Origin: Lama glama
Lineage: Eukaryota
Length of the DNA stretch: 64,000 nucleotides
Direction of reading: 5' to 3'
Assembly (NCBI GenBank): GCA_028534125.1
Contig: CM052817.1
Span: 12,898,001-12,962,000, forward strand
The translations under genes were made by a program, and so were the position numbers. Below, one piece after another: positions 27,690-40,325 of this stretch (position 1 is the first letter of the stretch; each line of letters opens with the position of its first letter). Below the pieces are notes generated by a model, which did no database searches, was not told the origin of the DNA, and was given only the letters and a program-made list of their open reading frames with translations.

Positions 27690-27895
27690 CAGTGACCTCG
27701 ACACCTGCCAAGCACTGTTCTGAGTGCTTTACACACAGTAATCTGTCTAACCCGTACAATAACCACTTGAAGCATGTATGCTCTCCTATTCTCTTCTTTC
27801 CTGAATCTGAGAGAGCCTCAGTAACTTTCTCAAGGCCACACCACTGGACAGATCCCATAGTTTGATTCCAGAGTCCACGTTTAACCACTGTGTTC
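27690..27895 (-). mobile_element. MIR SINE
   Basis: tgccaagcactgttctgagtgctttaca...gtaactttctcaaggccacac...tttgattccagagtccacgtttaaccactg. Confidence 0.8.
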
Positions 27896-30697
27896 TAGAT
27901 CTCTACGTAAACAGCTCAGGACGTCAAGCATTAGGATCCCATAGAGCACAATACATTATTGAGTGTTGATGTAGCAGAAAGAGCACAGAATACTTTCAGG
28001 AGTAGGCAGCGATGTTTTGAGACAAAAATCTCCCACACGTTAATAAAATACCTCACACCTTCAGTTTTCTCATTAGGCCAGAGGGTGAGGAAGAGTTACC
28101 AAAGACCTTTTGCCTTCTAACAAAACACATAATCAGAAGGCTCGCTTCTCATTTCCTTCTTTCTGTTGTAGCATCCGTTTGCCTCCTGCCGTTTCCCACG
28201 TCACCTCATCAGAGCCTTTCCTTTCATTTCAAGCCCTGTAACTGATCTGACTGCTCATTTGTCTTTTTTTCTCAAGAACTAAATATTTTAGTAGTTTATG
28301 CCCCATGAATCTGATGTAAGAAATTGTTGGCCTTCAGTAATCTCATGAATGCTAAAACTGATCCACGAAAACCGGAAAAATCATGTTAAGATCTTTCTTT
28401 CCAGGGTTCTCCACCCTCGGGACCATAATAAACACTTCGATAAAAATGTTTTGAATTTCCAGGAAACAAAAGTCAAGCATATTAGGCAAAGTGGTTTTAT
28501 TTTTCTCCTTAGTAAATCACTTACACTTTCTTATAGCTTCTTTCATCTGTCAACTAGAATGATAAATGGAATTCCCTTGAAGCATAAATTAAAATTCATT
28601 TTAATTTTGATAAATATAGAGTGGATATTTTTTGTTCTTCTCCACACATTCTTTTTACTAAAATGTGCAGTCTGGGACCTGATCATAGCACTATTTGTAG
28701 GTGACACACCAAATACAGAGACATTTTATATAACTTTATAATAGGTATCTGAATCGTAGAGCATAGATGTTTAAAAATATCAAGGCCCTTAATATTTAGC
28801 TTAAATTTTGCTAAATCAATTTAGACCACAACATGAAAATATATTTCCTTCTGATTAAAAAAAATTTTTTTTCTTACTTGAAGAGACAAAATGGAATATA
28901 TGTTATTTTTCTTTTTGTGTTTAAGTGAAGGCAGAGAAAATAATACGAGAAGTAGTAAGTAAGTAATAAGATAGAGTAAGATGGTATAATTTATATGTTT
29001 ATAATGATAACTATGGATTATCTAGAAAATTGTAAACTTTGTTAAGTATTCTGTTTTACAAAAGCACACTTTGTTGATTATTATCGAGATCATTAAATAT
29101 TTTCAATTGTCAACAGAAATAATAAATGTCATTCACCTGCATCTGCAGTAAAAACAATCCCGGATCAGTGTTATGCTATTGGTATGTGCAGCAGGACTGA
29201 GAAGAGGAGTATTAGATGGATCTTCAGACAGAAGAATAACTCCACTCTTCGTGGGGATCAGTATGATAAAATGTCACCATTCCAACCTAAAAAGCAGTTG
29301 TATTAATGTATCCAATACTTCATTTAAAATATGTCCAGCCACTATTGAGTGCTGGAGATAGCATTCTTTGGCACTGCAATGAATGAAAAAGACAGTACAA
29401 ACAGGTATTCACTGACCTCATGGAACATTTATTTGGGGGAGACCTAGATACTAAATAAATAAACATGTGAGCATATAAATAATGCTCAGATCCTCTGCAT
29501 AGTATGGTAGAAAATGCTGGGAAACTGGAAATCTAAGTTGCAGCATAAGTGGAGGGAAGAGTACATGGAGACCTAAACAAGATTAAATGTTTACTCCACT
29601 AATTATCACCCAGATGAACCTGGGAAGACATTTACACTCCCTGGGCTTCTGTCTCTTCATATGTAATGTGAAGGTACTACAGTGGGGAATCTCTAAGGCC
29701 TCTTCCACTTTGTATGGTATTCAAATCCTTGCATTGAGAAACACAAAGGAACGTTTTCCAAAGGGAGTAGACTGCCTTCACACCCAAATGGCATCCCTCT
29801 GTCAACTAAAATGTCCAAGGTTACAAGCCATCTAAACTGAAGAAGTCCCACTCATGATAAAAGAAGTAACTTCGAGACTTCCCATCAGGATGACAGATTG
29901 AAATGCTCTCCATTCATTAGCTTTCCTCTCCACTCCAGACTTCATGAAAACAAAACAAAACAAAAAAGTGATTTTTTTTAAACCATCTGTAAATCCAAGG
30001 AGAATGGAGGCAACAGCATGCAGTTTTTCCAAGCTGCAGACTCTGTAACTCAGCAGACCAAGAAAGCTGAGCTCTAAATGAGGACCTAAGAAAGCTGCTA
30101 AGCACCTCGACCTACTAAAACATACACAGAAGAGTCATAAATTGTTTTGACCTAGTACCTTGCAGAAGGATGATGTCAGGGCTAAAAACTGGAATATTGA
30201 CAAAAATTCCACTTAAGAATCCTTTACACACCTCCCCTTCCACATCTAATTCTCCACCTTGAGCAGTCGGAAGACAGATTTGCCGTATCCTGGTTAAAGA
30301 TGTGACAGTTATTCACTGTAAAAGATATCTGTAAAAAGACCCTGGAATGGGAGCCCAAGCATAACTGATGACAAGCGTATTAAAATGAAAGCAAGCAATT
30401 AAGTGAGAATGTATACACTGAATGTAGAGACCCTTAGACTGCTTCTGTAAAATTACTTTTGATCCAGCACTCTCATTCTCAGGAATTGTTTCCATAGAAA
30501 TAAATAATAATACCAAAGATATATTAAAAAGAATAATGCATCCATATTATGAAATATTAGACATCGATTTAAATGATTTATTAAATTTATATGCAATACA
30601 GCAAGAAATAACCCCTTATAAATTTTAAGTGGAAAAAGTAATTTTGAGAACAATATCTTTAGAATACTCATACTGGTTAAAAAAAGATTTTAATAAA

Positions 30698-30806
30698 GAG
30701 GGAGTGTAGCTCAGTGGTAGAGTGTGTGCTTAGCATTCATAAGGTCCTGGGTTTAATCCCCAGCACCTCCAATTAAAAAAAAAAAAAAGAAAACTTAAAA
30801 AAAAAG
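30698..30806 (+). mobile_element. tRNA-derived SINE (camelid Vic-1-like) with A tail
   Basis: gagggagtgtagctcagtggtagagtgtgtgcttagc...ggtcctgggtttaatccccagcacctcc: Pol III A box (tagctcagtgg), degenerate B box (ggtttaatccc), followed by poly(A). Confidence 0.9.
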
Positions 30807-31086
30807 CTGGGGTAGAAAGAAAACAATTTATAGAATGTGTATCTGATTGTTGTGTAAAATACACAAAATAACGTAAAGCAATATGCTGAAAATTGTTGAT
30901 TTCAGTAATATCATTGGCCAAGTGCGGAGGAAAGCTTTTTCCGTGCATAATACCCAGCACAGTGTAATGATCTACAAGACAGATTTTCATGTGCTCATCA
31001 TACCTTTTAAAAGCTTCTGCGTTAGCACCTATACACTATCATTGAACTTAGATGTTTCCTCGTCTATCGACCTGATATTCTACAGA

Positions 31087-31167
31087 TTAGGTTGAACCAT
31101 ATGAAATTGTCCACATTTAACCATTTTGACCTACACAAGAGGTAATTTCATATGCTTTAGCCTATTA
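31087..31167 (-). mobile_element. MADE2-like mariner-derived MITE (~80 bp)
   Basis: Terminal inverted repeats ttaggttgaaccatatgaaattg / taatttcatatgctttagccta around a short core containing ttttgacctac. Confidence 0.85.
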
Positions 31168-32280
31168 TTGATCTATTTGATTCCTATTTATTTTACTCTG
31201 GGATAAAGGAAATTCCCTGAGGACTGCAATTTTTTTTTTTAGGTCTCTTATTCCTTGTGCTGAAATAGTGCATGACTGATAGTGGGCATCAGAAAAAGAG
31301 TTTATTAAATTTATGTAGGAGTGAATAATGTAGCATGTATCATTCTTCTCATTTAAATAGGAAATATACTATTTTCAAGTGTCAATTTTTAAAGATATCT
31401 AATAACATTTTTATTGCCTCTTTAAACAAATAGTTGTTTAAGAAGTGAAATTGATAGTTTAACTTCTAAGGATTATTGCTTTGTTTACATAGTTGTACCT
31501 CATTTCCAGTTTTACTGTGTTATCAAAGATATAGCCTGTAAAATTTTAACCTTTTATAACTTTTGGCCAAATATATGACTAAGCTTTATAAAATTTGGAA
31601 ACACCTAAGAAAACATATAGTTCTCTTGTAGGAGATCCAGTTAACATGTATCTAGTATTTCAATTTTATTAACTGAATTATTTGAATTTTTATCCACCAT
31701 GGGTTAATGATGTAAATTCATACTACAATTGAATCCATTTTCATCTACTTATATTTTTAAACAGTGTGATGATATTCATTACATAAAGTTTATAACCATT
31801 AAGTATCTAACATAAATTTATCAATAAATAATGATTCCTTACTCCATTCAAAAAATACTCTTTTTTGGAAATTTAAAACTAATTTGTAATTATTAAACTA
31901 TCTCCTTGTATTTGAAATGACGAAGGCTACACAAACAGGCCTTAAAAATTCTTATATACATTTTTAATCCAAAATCTATCTTTACTTTTTTTTCCCAGTG
32001 ATCTTTAACTACAGTAAAAATTATAATGTATGAAAATCGAATGAAGTGGCACTGATTTATATGCAGTCAACAGGGCAACTAAACTGCATAACTATTCTTA
32101 TAAAATTTAAATTTTAGTTTGGACACAAAACAAAACCAACAGAGCAATCCTTGATCTTTTTTTGGTATTTGTCTGATTTAGTTCCAGATCCTCAAAATGT
32201 AAGCTTGCTTTCTTCTGTGTCATTAATCCTTTAGAAAGAAAAAAGAGACAGTAGAAGAGAAAATAAGATTATTTTTTAAA

Positions 32281-32477
32281 ATATACATGTGACTAGATAG
32301 ATATATATACACACACACATATATATATAAAATATACATATATACACATATATATAATATACATATATACATATATATATATTCATTCATGTGTTTGATT
32401 TGTTTGATCCTTGCTTAAGTGTGGTAAACCATTTTTGGAATAATAATTGTGTTAATAGCAAAGGTCTACTAATATTA

Positions 32478-32508
<31 letters not shown>

Positions 32509-32580
32509 GTATATATATGTGTGTGTGTGTGTATATATACATAAATATATAGACCTCCATGGTGTGTGTGTGTGTGTGTA
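32281..32580. repeat. Complex TA/CA/TG microsatellite interrupted by a 96-bp unique insert
   Basis: Direct read; CA-rich to the left of 32381 and TG-rich to the right of 32476. Confidence 0.9.
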
Positions 32581-32931
32581 TGGAAAAAGAGATTAAGATT
32601 TATTCTTCATTCACTAGATGAGTGTGATATATTTATTTCTCAGAGAAATCTGGGTCATCTGTTTTCACTTGAATTCAATTTTCATAATCATTGTTGGAGA
32701 AATTTGGTGGAGTACACCACACATATGACACTATTCATCTTCCTTGCAATTTGCTTAAATGCATGTTTTCTGATTTTCCTGTCAACCTTTCCATGGACTT
32801 GTCTCTAAACTAAGCTATGCTAACATATACACTGAAATATTAGCAGACCTTTGCTATTAACACAAATATTATTCCAAAAATGGTTTACCACACTTAAGCA
32901 AGACCCAAACAAATCAAACACATGAATGAAT
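32381..32931. repeat. Long inverted repeat: 96-bp arms (32381-32476 and 32836-32931), 359-bp spacer
   Basis: Manual reverse-complement alignment gives 91/96 identities with no gaps. Confidence 0.95.
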
Positions 32932-33439
32932 GATTGCCTACAGCTCAGGAAGGAGGACAAAATTTGCTATTTCAGTCTTTTCATTTGCTTGTTTTCTGAT
33001 TTTTTTGTTTTGGTTTTTGGTCACAGCTTCTTTTGTAAATCTAATGAATCTCAATCCATTAATAACAGAAAATTCTTTATCTTTCTCTTTACAGACAGTG
33101 GAAGACTACATAATTTTGCTAAAAGGAAATGAAATCACAGAACAGGAAATTAATTTCCATGACAATTACCTAAACATTTCAGCTATATGTTACATTTGAA
33201 TTTTAATTTTTCACTGATTGGACTTCAAATGTGAAATGTATTATTATTCCTATTGTATTTAGTACTTATCTCACATTTTAAGCTAGAACCTTGATGGATT
33301 CCGCTTAGTTTGAACCACAAGAACTAGGCTATGCTGCTCTCCATAGTAGTCTTTATAAATCTCCCATCAGAAAGTAAACTAATACATCTCTTCCATTCCC
33401 TTTGTAGTACATAATATGTTCGTAATCAATATCCTCATT

Positions 33440-33770
33440 CTTCCAATAAAAGTTGACTGAGCTTCTCTCACATGGTAGGTACCACTTCAACCACTGGATA
33501 TAAGAACAACGCACAAAACAGACAAAACTCCTGCCTTCGTCAGACTTATATTCTAGGAGAGAGCTCAAATTTATAGCGTGAAAGTTGGTGAGAAGTGCTA
33601 TGGAGAAAAATAAGATGGGGAAGGAATGGGCGAGTGGGTGCAACATTGAGTGGGTGGGTCTGGGTAACTTCATGGAGAAGGAGCCATATAAACAAAGACT
33701 TGAAGGAGGTGAAAAAGGAAGCCATTTGAATATCCAGGAAGGATATAAATGAATATTTGGAGGATATAAC
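33440..33770 (-). mobile_element. LINE-2 fragment
   Basis: cagacaaaactcctgccttcgtcagacttatattctag...gtgctatggagaaaaataa...caaagacttgaaggaggtga. Confidence 0.8.
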
Positions 33771-35164
33771 AAACTTATTAACACAACTAGACATCAATTT
33801 TCAAATTCTTTACACCTAAAAGTTAACTTTAACAAATATTTTCCAATATCTAAATAGCACTACTTCAATTCAATAGGGTAAAGCAAACTTTGGTGTGAAT
33901 TTCTAGACCTGTGTCTCTTTCACAGAAACACTGTCCCCTTCTCCTGGCTGTTTTCTGCCTTTTTTCTGCTTGAAGTCCTCTCTTAGGGAAATATACTCAA
34001 TATTTAGTTTATTCACACTAAGGTATACACACTGATAATCCTTATAGATTTAACTGCCTGTCCTCTGGAACGTCTGAATTTTTAAAGTAAACCCAAGTTC
34101 AAATGAAATAAATCAGTTTACAGCAGTGGCCTTTCAGGAACTGGCAAGAGGTAATAATGCTGCTGTAGAGTGTACAGGGCGGAAAGCACAGGACTTTCAG
34201 TTGGAAGCCTCTGGTCTCCTTGTACTAAGTTGCTGAGGGCCCTTGGGCTCATCATGTGACCTCTCAGAGCCTCAGTTTTTCACTTGCATATACTTTAAAG
34301 CTTCAGACGGACCAACGATGACATCTGCAGCTACAACACGATATATTGATCTCCATTTCTTTTCTGTGAGATCCTATGGGAGACATTTAAAAAGGAGGAA
34401 AAACAGAGGAAGTATATTTAATTCTGCAATGTCAGAGACTGAATTTCTAATTCAATGCCTCCTGTTTCTTAAGTACCCATTAAATGATAACCCTAATTTC
34501 AAATAAGGCAAACCAGTAACTATGGTAGGGTACACCAAAAGGTCCCATGGCTTTTATGTATTAAAAGTAAAACGAATGCTTGGAAATGTCTGCTGGGATC
34601 CACACTGTATACAGTATATATTATCTCAGCCCACCAATTGCCTCTAAACTTGCTATTTATAATTTGCCCGGTCTTAATTAGCAGGCTGCTCCCCAAGTCA
34701 GTCCTGCTACAGGCTGAACATGAAATAGAATATAAAAAAACAAAGTGTTTCTGGTTGCTGAAAGCAAGCCATACATATTCATGGTGAAAACAGAAAATCA
34801 TTTGCCAAACTGTGGATGGTAAATACAAATTAACCTTGCGACGGAAAGTGTAATATTTGCATTTTCAAGCCTTAGATCTCTCTGGGATTAATTAGGTGAT
34901 CAGTAGGAATTAGAGTTATCACGAACAAAACCTGGTCTTAGATTGCATGTGTCACTGTGAGTGTCGGATTATGCATTATTTTCTCTTTCATTATAATTCT
35001 CTGGTCTAGTCCACAAAGACTGTGGTATGACCTGATTGATTAAATCTCTCTGTGAAAATATTTTGCCAACTGTACAGGGCTACATAAGTAAAATGAGGTT
35101 TTATTGTTTCTAGGTTTGCTCAACGGACTCACAAAGAGATATATTAATGATCTGGAAGGCTCTC

Positions 35165-35940
35165 AAATTGTAACCCTCCTGTCCATCCCCACTGTGACCT
35201 CCATGGTGCAGCTCATCAACATTTCCTTTCTAGTAGAATACGCAGCTTCTTAATTCTTCTCGCTGGCTCAGGGTTTGCTCCATTCTGGTTCATTCCCACA
35301 GTGCTGTCAGAGTGAATTTTCTGAGACTCAAATGTCATCAAGTCAGATCATTTATAAAGTTCAGCCAGGCCTTTTGGATAAAACTCAACTTTCTTAGCTT
35401 GCCATAGATCAGCATGGCCCTGCCTACCTCTTCAGACCTGTATCCTGGCACTCAATCTGTCAAACAGTTCTTGACCAACCATCAATTTTGGGCCTGGCGT
35501 GGTTGCAGCCCCTACACATTTCACTCTTCACAGTCTCGCTTTATTAAATTGTGGATAGCCCCTATACACACTGGGGTCTCTAAGGTTTCTGTGCCTTTTC
35601 CCATTTTTCTTTTCCTGCTGAGAATGCTCCTTTTCTCTTCTGCATCATGATCAATGCTTACGGCTTAGGATGCAGCTCAGACATCACATTCTGTGGGAAG
35701 CCCTCCCTGACTCCATTCCGCCCAGTGGAGTGTCACTCCCAAGGATTTCACGCTGGACCCATTACTGTCACGTCACTTACCACCTACATTATATGTGTCA
35801 GCTCTCCTGTTTTCTTTCTCCTCCCTTCGACTTCTTGTCCCTTGAAAGCTGGGACTGTATCTGTTATTTCTGATTTAATAGTGCCTGGTAGAATCTCTGG
35901 CACGTTGTACATGTGAAATAAATATTCATTGAAGGAATTA
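35165..35940 (+). mobile_element. LINE-2 3' portion
   Basis: gggaagccctccctgact...cttgaaagctgggactgtatc...ctggcacgttgtacatgtgaaataaatattcattgaaggaat tail. Confidence 0.75.
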
Positions 35941-36389
35941 ATGCCAGAGGGAAAAATGCCAGAGGTCTAGGACAACAAAGAGAAGTCATCCGTGACCCTC
36001 AAATTCATAAAATAGGTTTTCATTAATTATTAAGATATTTGAGTAAAGGCAGATTTGTGTTTTCTTTTATGTCGCTTATATCCTGTTAGATAGCCATGGA
36101 AATTTATTACCAAATTTAATATATCATGTCACTAGGAATCTACCCTTTTAATTTATTTCACTGAAAAAAAAACCCTATCTTTGAAATCACAAGCTTAAAA
36201 AAATAATATATCATGCTTATGGATTTCTCAGTTTTGAAAGACAGTTAAGCCCTTTCTTAAATAATTCCCCCAAAATGTAGGTGAGGGCCTGTGGTGGGTT
36301 GGCATGTGCATGATGACAAATTATGTACCAAAGTTTGGAGAGAACCCCAGCCAAAAAGCAAGTTAGGAAACCATAACACTTGTCAAATT

Positions 36390-36609
36390 GCAGGCAGTTG
36401 TCTACCCCAGAGGCCAACCTGATATGGCCTGCTACCTGTGTGTTTATGGTCGTGATCTAACAGTGTGTTTTACAGTTTTTAAAAGGATACATGCTAGATG
36501 GCTGCCTAAGTACCTGTAATATCCATGCTTTTGTCTTTTGATCCATAAAGCCTAAAATATTTACTGCATGGCTTTTGATCTATAAACAGAACAAGTTTTC
36601 AGACCCCTG
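36390..36609 (-). mobile_element. hAT-Charlie MITE, MER58-like
   Basis: aaagcctaaaatatttact...aagttttcagacccctg is the reverse complement of the MER58 start. Confidence 0.75.
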
Positions 36610-37232
36610 GTCTCCTAACAGAAAAAAAGAATTTGAGCATGGAAAGGAGAAGACAGAGATAAGAAATAGACTCTGAATTATTCTAGAGCAGCCCAATGAA
36701 TTTAGACTTGTGTGAAACAGGAACATTTGAAATCACAGTCATGTGTGAAAAAATTCTTCACTTACATTCAAGAAACGATTCACTTTTTATACAATCAACT
36801 AATGGGTCCTAGAAGAAAGTCTTATTTTAGAAGTTTGCCCATAGTCCTGGAGATGCTATAAGGGAATTTGATGGTACAGTGATGGTGTGAAACATAAAAG
36901 AAAAAGGGGAAAAACTAATTTTGGGGCAAAAAATAAAAGAAAGAAAGCCTAAAAAGTTTCTCATCATGAATATCCCTTCCTAGACATGAGCAAAACTGAA
37001 GAATTTCTGTTTGCCTGGGTCCTCACCTGAAAAACTGTGATAAGGAATGAACGTTCAGTGGCCCATGTGAACGGAGTTCTGTTCACTTTGGACTCCCAAA
37101 CTAACAGCCAAAAGGAGTTCACACTAACCTCATCCATCCTCCTCACTGACGATGTGTGTGCACTTAAATCAGCCCTCAGATTTATCTTCAAGGGTAACTG
37201 CAGGTTAAATTGGTAAATTTTGCAAAAAGAAA

Positions 37233-37273
<41 letters not shown>

Positions 37274-37296
37274 AAGAGAGAGAGAGAGAGAGAGAG
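37233..37296. repeat. (TA)n(GA)n compound microsatellite
   Basis: Direct read. Confidence 0.95.
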
Positions 37297-38489
37297 CACT
37301 AGACCATGAGTCAAAAATTAAGGCACATCTTGACTAAAGAGATGTTAAGAGCTCTGGAGTGAGAAAGTTCCAAAATCTATAGTGCATTCTCCTCTCATTC
37401 TTGAGAAAATAAGAGCATACATAATGGAGTATATAACAGAAGCAATTATAATGTGTGAAATTCTAAATGGAATCTATGGAGAATGATCGATTTCTAATAG
37501 CCCTTAATTAGGTACCAGCAATATAATCTGCAAGGCCCCCTCAGCTTGTAAAATGTCTTTTTTGACCTTGTTTTTTCATCTTCTTCTATTTAATTGTCTC
37601 TCCTCCATACCTTCTTTATGTCTCAGAACAAAGAAGAAGGCAAATCTCTAGCACAGTTACATCTCAGTGCATCTTATTCGTAACATATAACCATTGATGC
37701 CATCACTCAAGGACCCACTATAGATTAGGCTGTATAAGCACTGCCTGTCCTTACAGCAACTTGGAAATAAGGCTTTCCACTCTTCTGATAGGGAAACTGA
37801 AGCTTGGACAGATTAAGTAACGTAACTGTGTTGGGCTGTGCTGTATCACCTTGGATCAGGCAGGGAACCACGCTCCCTAGAATCTCATTCCTTGGATGCC
37901 AGGTTAAAGTTGGTGAAAAGTGGCACTTACACAAGATTCAGAAGACAAAGTAAAGCAGCAGCCATTTCCCTTGGAAGAGAGTCACTATTAGACACAGTGG
38001 TGGGCAGAGACACTGTGTTCTCGTTCTCCTACTGATCAAAAGCAACCCCAGCCCACCACCACAATCCTGCTGGACACCACGGGGAGGGGAAGCTACACCA
38101 GTGCAGTGGCTTCTGTAAGCAGCCTACAAGCTCCCTTTCTGTGGCCGCACGTGAACAGCCAGATGTGCTTGGCCTCTCAGATTTCCTTGAACACTCTGGC
38201 TTGTCCACCTGTAACAGTGCTTCAGGAAGACTGGGGCATGCTTCTTTCTCTGATCTTTTGACCTCCCCTTCCAGACTTTCACTTCTTCAGTTCTTACCAC
38301 ATTAGTTTTATAGCAGTTCCCCCCCTCCTATAATGTCCCCTATGGCTTTGCTCCCTTGTCTAATCTCTGAGTGACACATACAACTAAGACCACAGAGAGA
38401 ACACATGAACCTTGGAGAGTCATAGTCGAAGTCCATGCCCTTTTGTCTATGGACTGTTGTTTCCAGCCATGTTTATGTTTAAAGATGAC

Positions 38490-39071
38490 CTTTTTTTATC
38501 GAAGTACCGATGATTTACAATATTATATTAGTTACAGGTATAAAACATAGTGATTTAATATGTTTATAGATTACACTCCCCCATTTCCTCTCTCCACTGG
38601 AAACCACCAGTTTGTGCTCTGTATCTGTGAGTTTGTTCCTGTTTGTTATATTCATTTGTTTGCTTTATTTTTAGATTCCACATATAGGTAATAATATAAA
38701 ATATTTTTCTTTCAGTCTGATTTATTTCACTAAATGTAACACCATATAGGTCTATCCATGTGTTGCAAATGGCAGATTTTCATTCTTTTTTATGGCTGAG
38801 TAACAACTATTATATGTATGTGTATGTATATATACATCTACATACATATATACATATATATACACACACATATACACCACATATTTTTATATATTTATCT
38901 GTTGATGGGCACTTAGGTTACTTCTATATCTTAGCAATTGTAAATAATGCTGCCATGAACACTGGGTTGCGTGTATCTTTTCCAATTGGTGTTTTTGTTT
39001 TCTTTGGATATATACCCCGCAGTGGAATTGCTGGGTCATATGGTAGTTCTTTTTTTAACTTTTTGAGGAAA
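38490..39071 (-). mobile_element. 5'-truncated L1 (ORF2 C-terminus plus 3' UTR) with internal TA/CA repeat
   Basis: ttagattccacatata...tgttgcaaatggcagattt...agtggaattgctgggtcatatggtagttct...tttttgaggaa. Confidence 0.93.
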
Positions 39072-40124
39072 TAAAGATAGAGTTATTTATTTTAAAAAAC
39101 CCACAAATATCATGCACTGTATTACTCCACAGCACTGTGGAAGAAATCAAAACAAAAAAGGCCTATTTCCAGCCCTTTAAAAGATGATAGAAAATGTAAT
39201 ATTCACAGATCACCACAATGCAAGGTCTAAAGGAACTAAAGGTCATAAGAAAAATGCAGGCAAGTGCAGAAAGAAAAGAAAGTGCAGAAAAGCATTGTGG
39301 GAGAAAAAGTGTGGGACACGGAGTCTTCAGAGATGGATGCTCCCTCAACATTCACACAGAGAGAAGAGCAGAGGTCAGAGGTGTAAACCACAGAGAATGC
39401 AGTAATTATATAACAAGATGAGACATCTTTATTTTTTAAAAATCTGAGTCTGAATTCTATTAGGGGGAAAGCCACATTAGTAAGGAAAAAATCCCGGTGT
39501 TGGACACGGAACAAATAAGTCTCCCTTAACTCCCCAGGGTCTGAAGGGCTGGTGTGACAAGGCTTCAAGAGAGGGGAAGCTATTCCGCATAGCAAGACGG
39601 AGGCACCGGAAACTGGCCTTGAGGGGGATGCGGAGTGCAGGGAAATCAGGGAGACGGCGAATGAGGGAGACCAAACAGGAAGCCAAGGAGGAGGGAGAGA
39701 GTGGGGAGCAAACAGGAAAGGAGAAGGAGGTGGAGGAACTAGAGCAAAATGGGAAAGGAAGGAGAAAAGAAGGGGGAGGAAGAGGACAGAGATGCAGTCC
39801 TGACATCCAAGGGCAGAAAGTTTCAAAATCTGAATGCTCCCATATTAACCCCAAAATCTTTTGAATAGTTTTTCAAAGTAAGTGCATTGTGTGAGTACTC
39901 TTGTATGTGAACATGTAAGAGTTTTGTGTCAAAGTGTTTCCAAGGAAAGCAAGCCTGTCTCATTAGAAGGCAAGAACTTAGGGATTCAGGGAAGCCCTGA
40001 ACGTGGCAGAAATCATGGGGAAGATTTTGGAACATCACAAGACACAGATTGGAGTTTGAATCAAGTGTAATGAGCTCTTTTGCAGGCAGAGGTGCCCCCA
40101 GAATACATCTGGGTGACAGTCATT

Positions 40125-40325
40125 AAAGCTGCCATACACTGAACATTCTAGGTGTGTTACACCATTTAACCATCCCAACAACTTTACAAGGTTCATAATG
40201 CTGTTATCCTCTTTTCGCAAGTGAGAAAACGGGATCTTAGAGCAGTTGAATAGCTTCATAAGATCATACAGCTTGGAAGGGTCAAAGACGATGCTCCAAC
40301 CCAGGTCTTTCTGATTCCTGAATCA
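40125..40325 (-). mobile_element. MIR SINE
   Basis: catttaaccatcccaacaac...gtgagaaaacgggatcttagag...aagatcatacagc...aacccaggtctttctgattc. Confidence 0.8.

Noticed and set aside
30698..30772. tRNA gene (tRNA-Ala-like)
   Set aside because: Stems and B box are mutated, there is no T-run terminator, and poly(A) follows directly, so it is a SINE.
33094..33199. Strong plus-strand acceptor followed by an open frame (TVEDYIILLKGNEITEQ...)
   Set aside because: No good donor or nearby poly(A) evidence, and the peptide is not recognised.
39236..39854. 196-aa and 125-aa minus-strand ORFs
   Set aside because: Pro/Ser/Leu/Phe-biased products of a pyrimidine-rich strand; no recognisable domain or exon structure.
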